Positions 6,567 to 7,150 of a DNA stretch of 7,150 nucleotides are shown piece by piece (the first letter of the stretch is position 1; every line of letters begins with the position of its first letter). Origin of the DNA: Octopus sinensis (taxonomy: Eukaryota). The stretch covers positions 1 through 7,150 of the forward strand of contig NW_021829154.1 of the NCBI RefSeq assembly GCF_006345805.1, given 5' to 3'. The translations under genes and the position numbers were made by a program. The notes under the pieces were generated by a model. It was given only the letters and a program-made list of their open reading frames with translations. It was not told where the DNA came from and did no database searches.

Positions 6567-6640
6567 ATACATATATATATATATATATATATATATCATA
6601 TATATATATATATATCTATATATATATATACTTATATATT
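6536..6640. repeat. (CT)n followed by (TA)n microsatellite
   Basis: Read directly from the sequence. Confidence 0.97.
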
Positions 6641-6927
6641 CACAAATATGTATCTATTTATGTACCACTAATTGCTTTTGATCCGTTACATTAATACGAA
6701 ATAATTTACATATTTGACACGTACCGCCCTTAAATAATTTTCTATAGTTCTGCTTACATTATTATAATATAGAATGCTTTTTATCTTTAGCTTCTCTTTT
6801 CCTTTCGTCTTTTATTTCTAGTTTTAAAATGCTGTTCGTCATATTGTTTTCCGATTCTCTATAGAAAATGTTTGAACTAATACTGTATAAGCAAAAAACT
6901 GTACTCAATATGCAACTTTGTATTAAA

Positions 6928-7150
6928 TACGAGGGGGTGCTCGGGTGCTCAAAAGCTCCCGGTTTTCGGTAATAAAAAAATATAGGAGTATCAGTCAATT
7001 ATGATTATATTCAACCTATTCCACTCTCAGATTTACTCGTTGCAGCGGGCTTTTAGTTTTTCTAAGCCCGGTAAAAGAACACGGATGCTTAGACCTCCAG
7101 CCAGAACTTTCGCAAAACCCTTAAAGCTAGGAACTCTTCAAAGCCCTCTC
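6928..7150 (-). mobile_element. Mariner-family (Tc1/mariner) non-autonomous internal-deletion element, ~220 bp; right end cut by the window
   Basis: TA then CGAGGGGGTGCT... left TIR. The right end reverse complement GAGAGGGCTTTGAAGAGTTCCTAGCTTT matches the left TIR at 18/28 once an 8-bp duplication is removed. The minus strand retains GLEKLKARCN (7068-7039) and VNLRVE*VE (7036-7010), a decayed mariner transposase C-terminus (G..KL..RW.KC....G.Y.E). Confidence 0.8.

Noticed and set aside
6762-6998. 78-aa minus ORF and purine-rich exon-like segment
   Set aside because: It begins inside the mariner element, and all three frames hit a stop before the nearest donor.
1-7150. CRISPR array, rRNA or prokaryotic operon features
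   Set aside because: No repeat-spacer array or rRNA similarity is visible; the sequence is eukaryotic.

Overview
AT-rich eukaryotic genomic DNA, most likely from an octopus or other coleoid cephalopod. That assignment is inferred from the very high density of (TA)n/(CA)n/(GATA)n/(AAT)n microsatellites and from tRNA-derived SINE families I recognise from octopus sequence; no database check was run. The window is mostly intronic or intergenic and contains no complete protein-coding gene; nearly all ORFs in the supplied track are repeat artefacts. Mobile DNA: eleven fragments of three SINE families (called A, B and C here), a 5'-truncated 3' end of an RTE-clade LINE (4783-4987), a ~220 bp mariner-derived non-autonomous element at the right edge, and a ~183 bp tandem duplication (1003-1369). 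The ORF track misses small minus-strand exon candidates. The best is a canonical 54-nt phase-1 exon at 3900-3953, with a phase-compatible acceptor and exon start at 1-31. The most interesting architecture is one + strand SINE-A copy (4189-4502) with an inverted partner on each side, so a transcript could form either of two mutually exclusive dsRNA stems, one of which loops out the 54-nt exon. A close CTCF-motif match sits in unique DNA at 5827-5845. I found no convincing evidence for a wholly new biological system; the findings are testable hypotheses.
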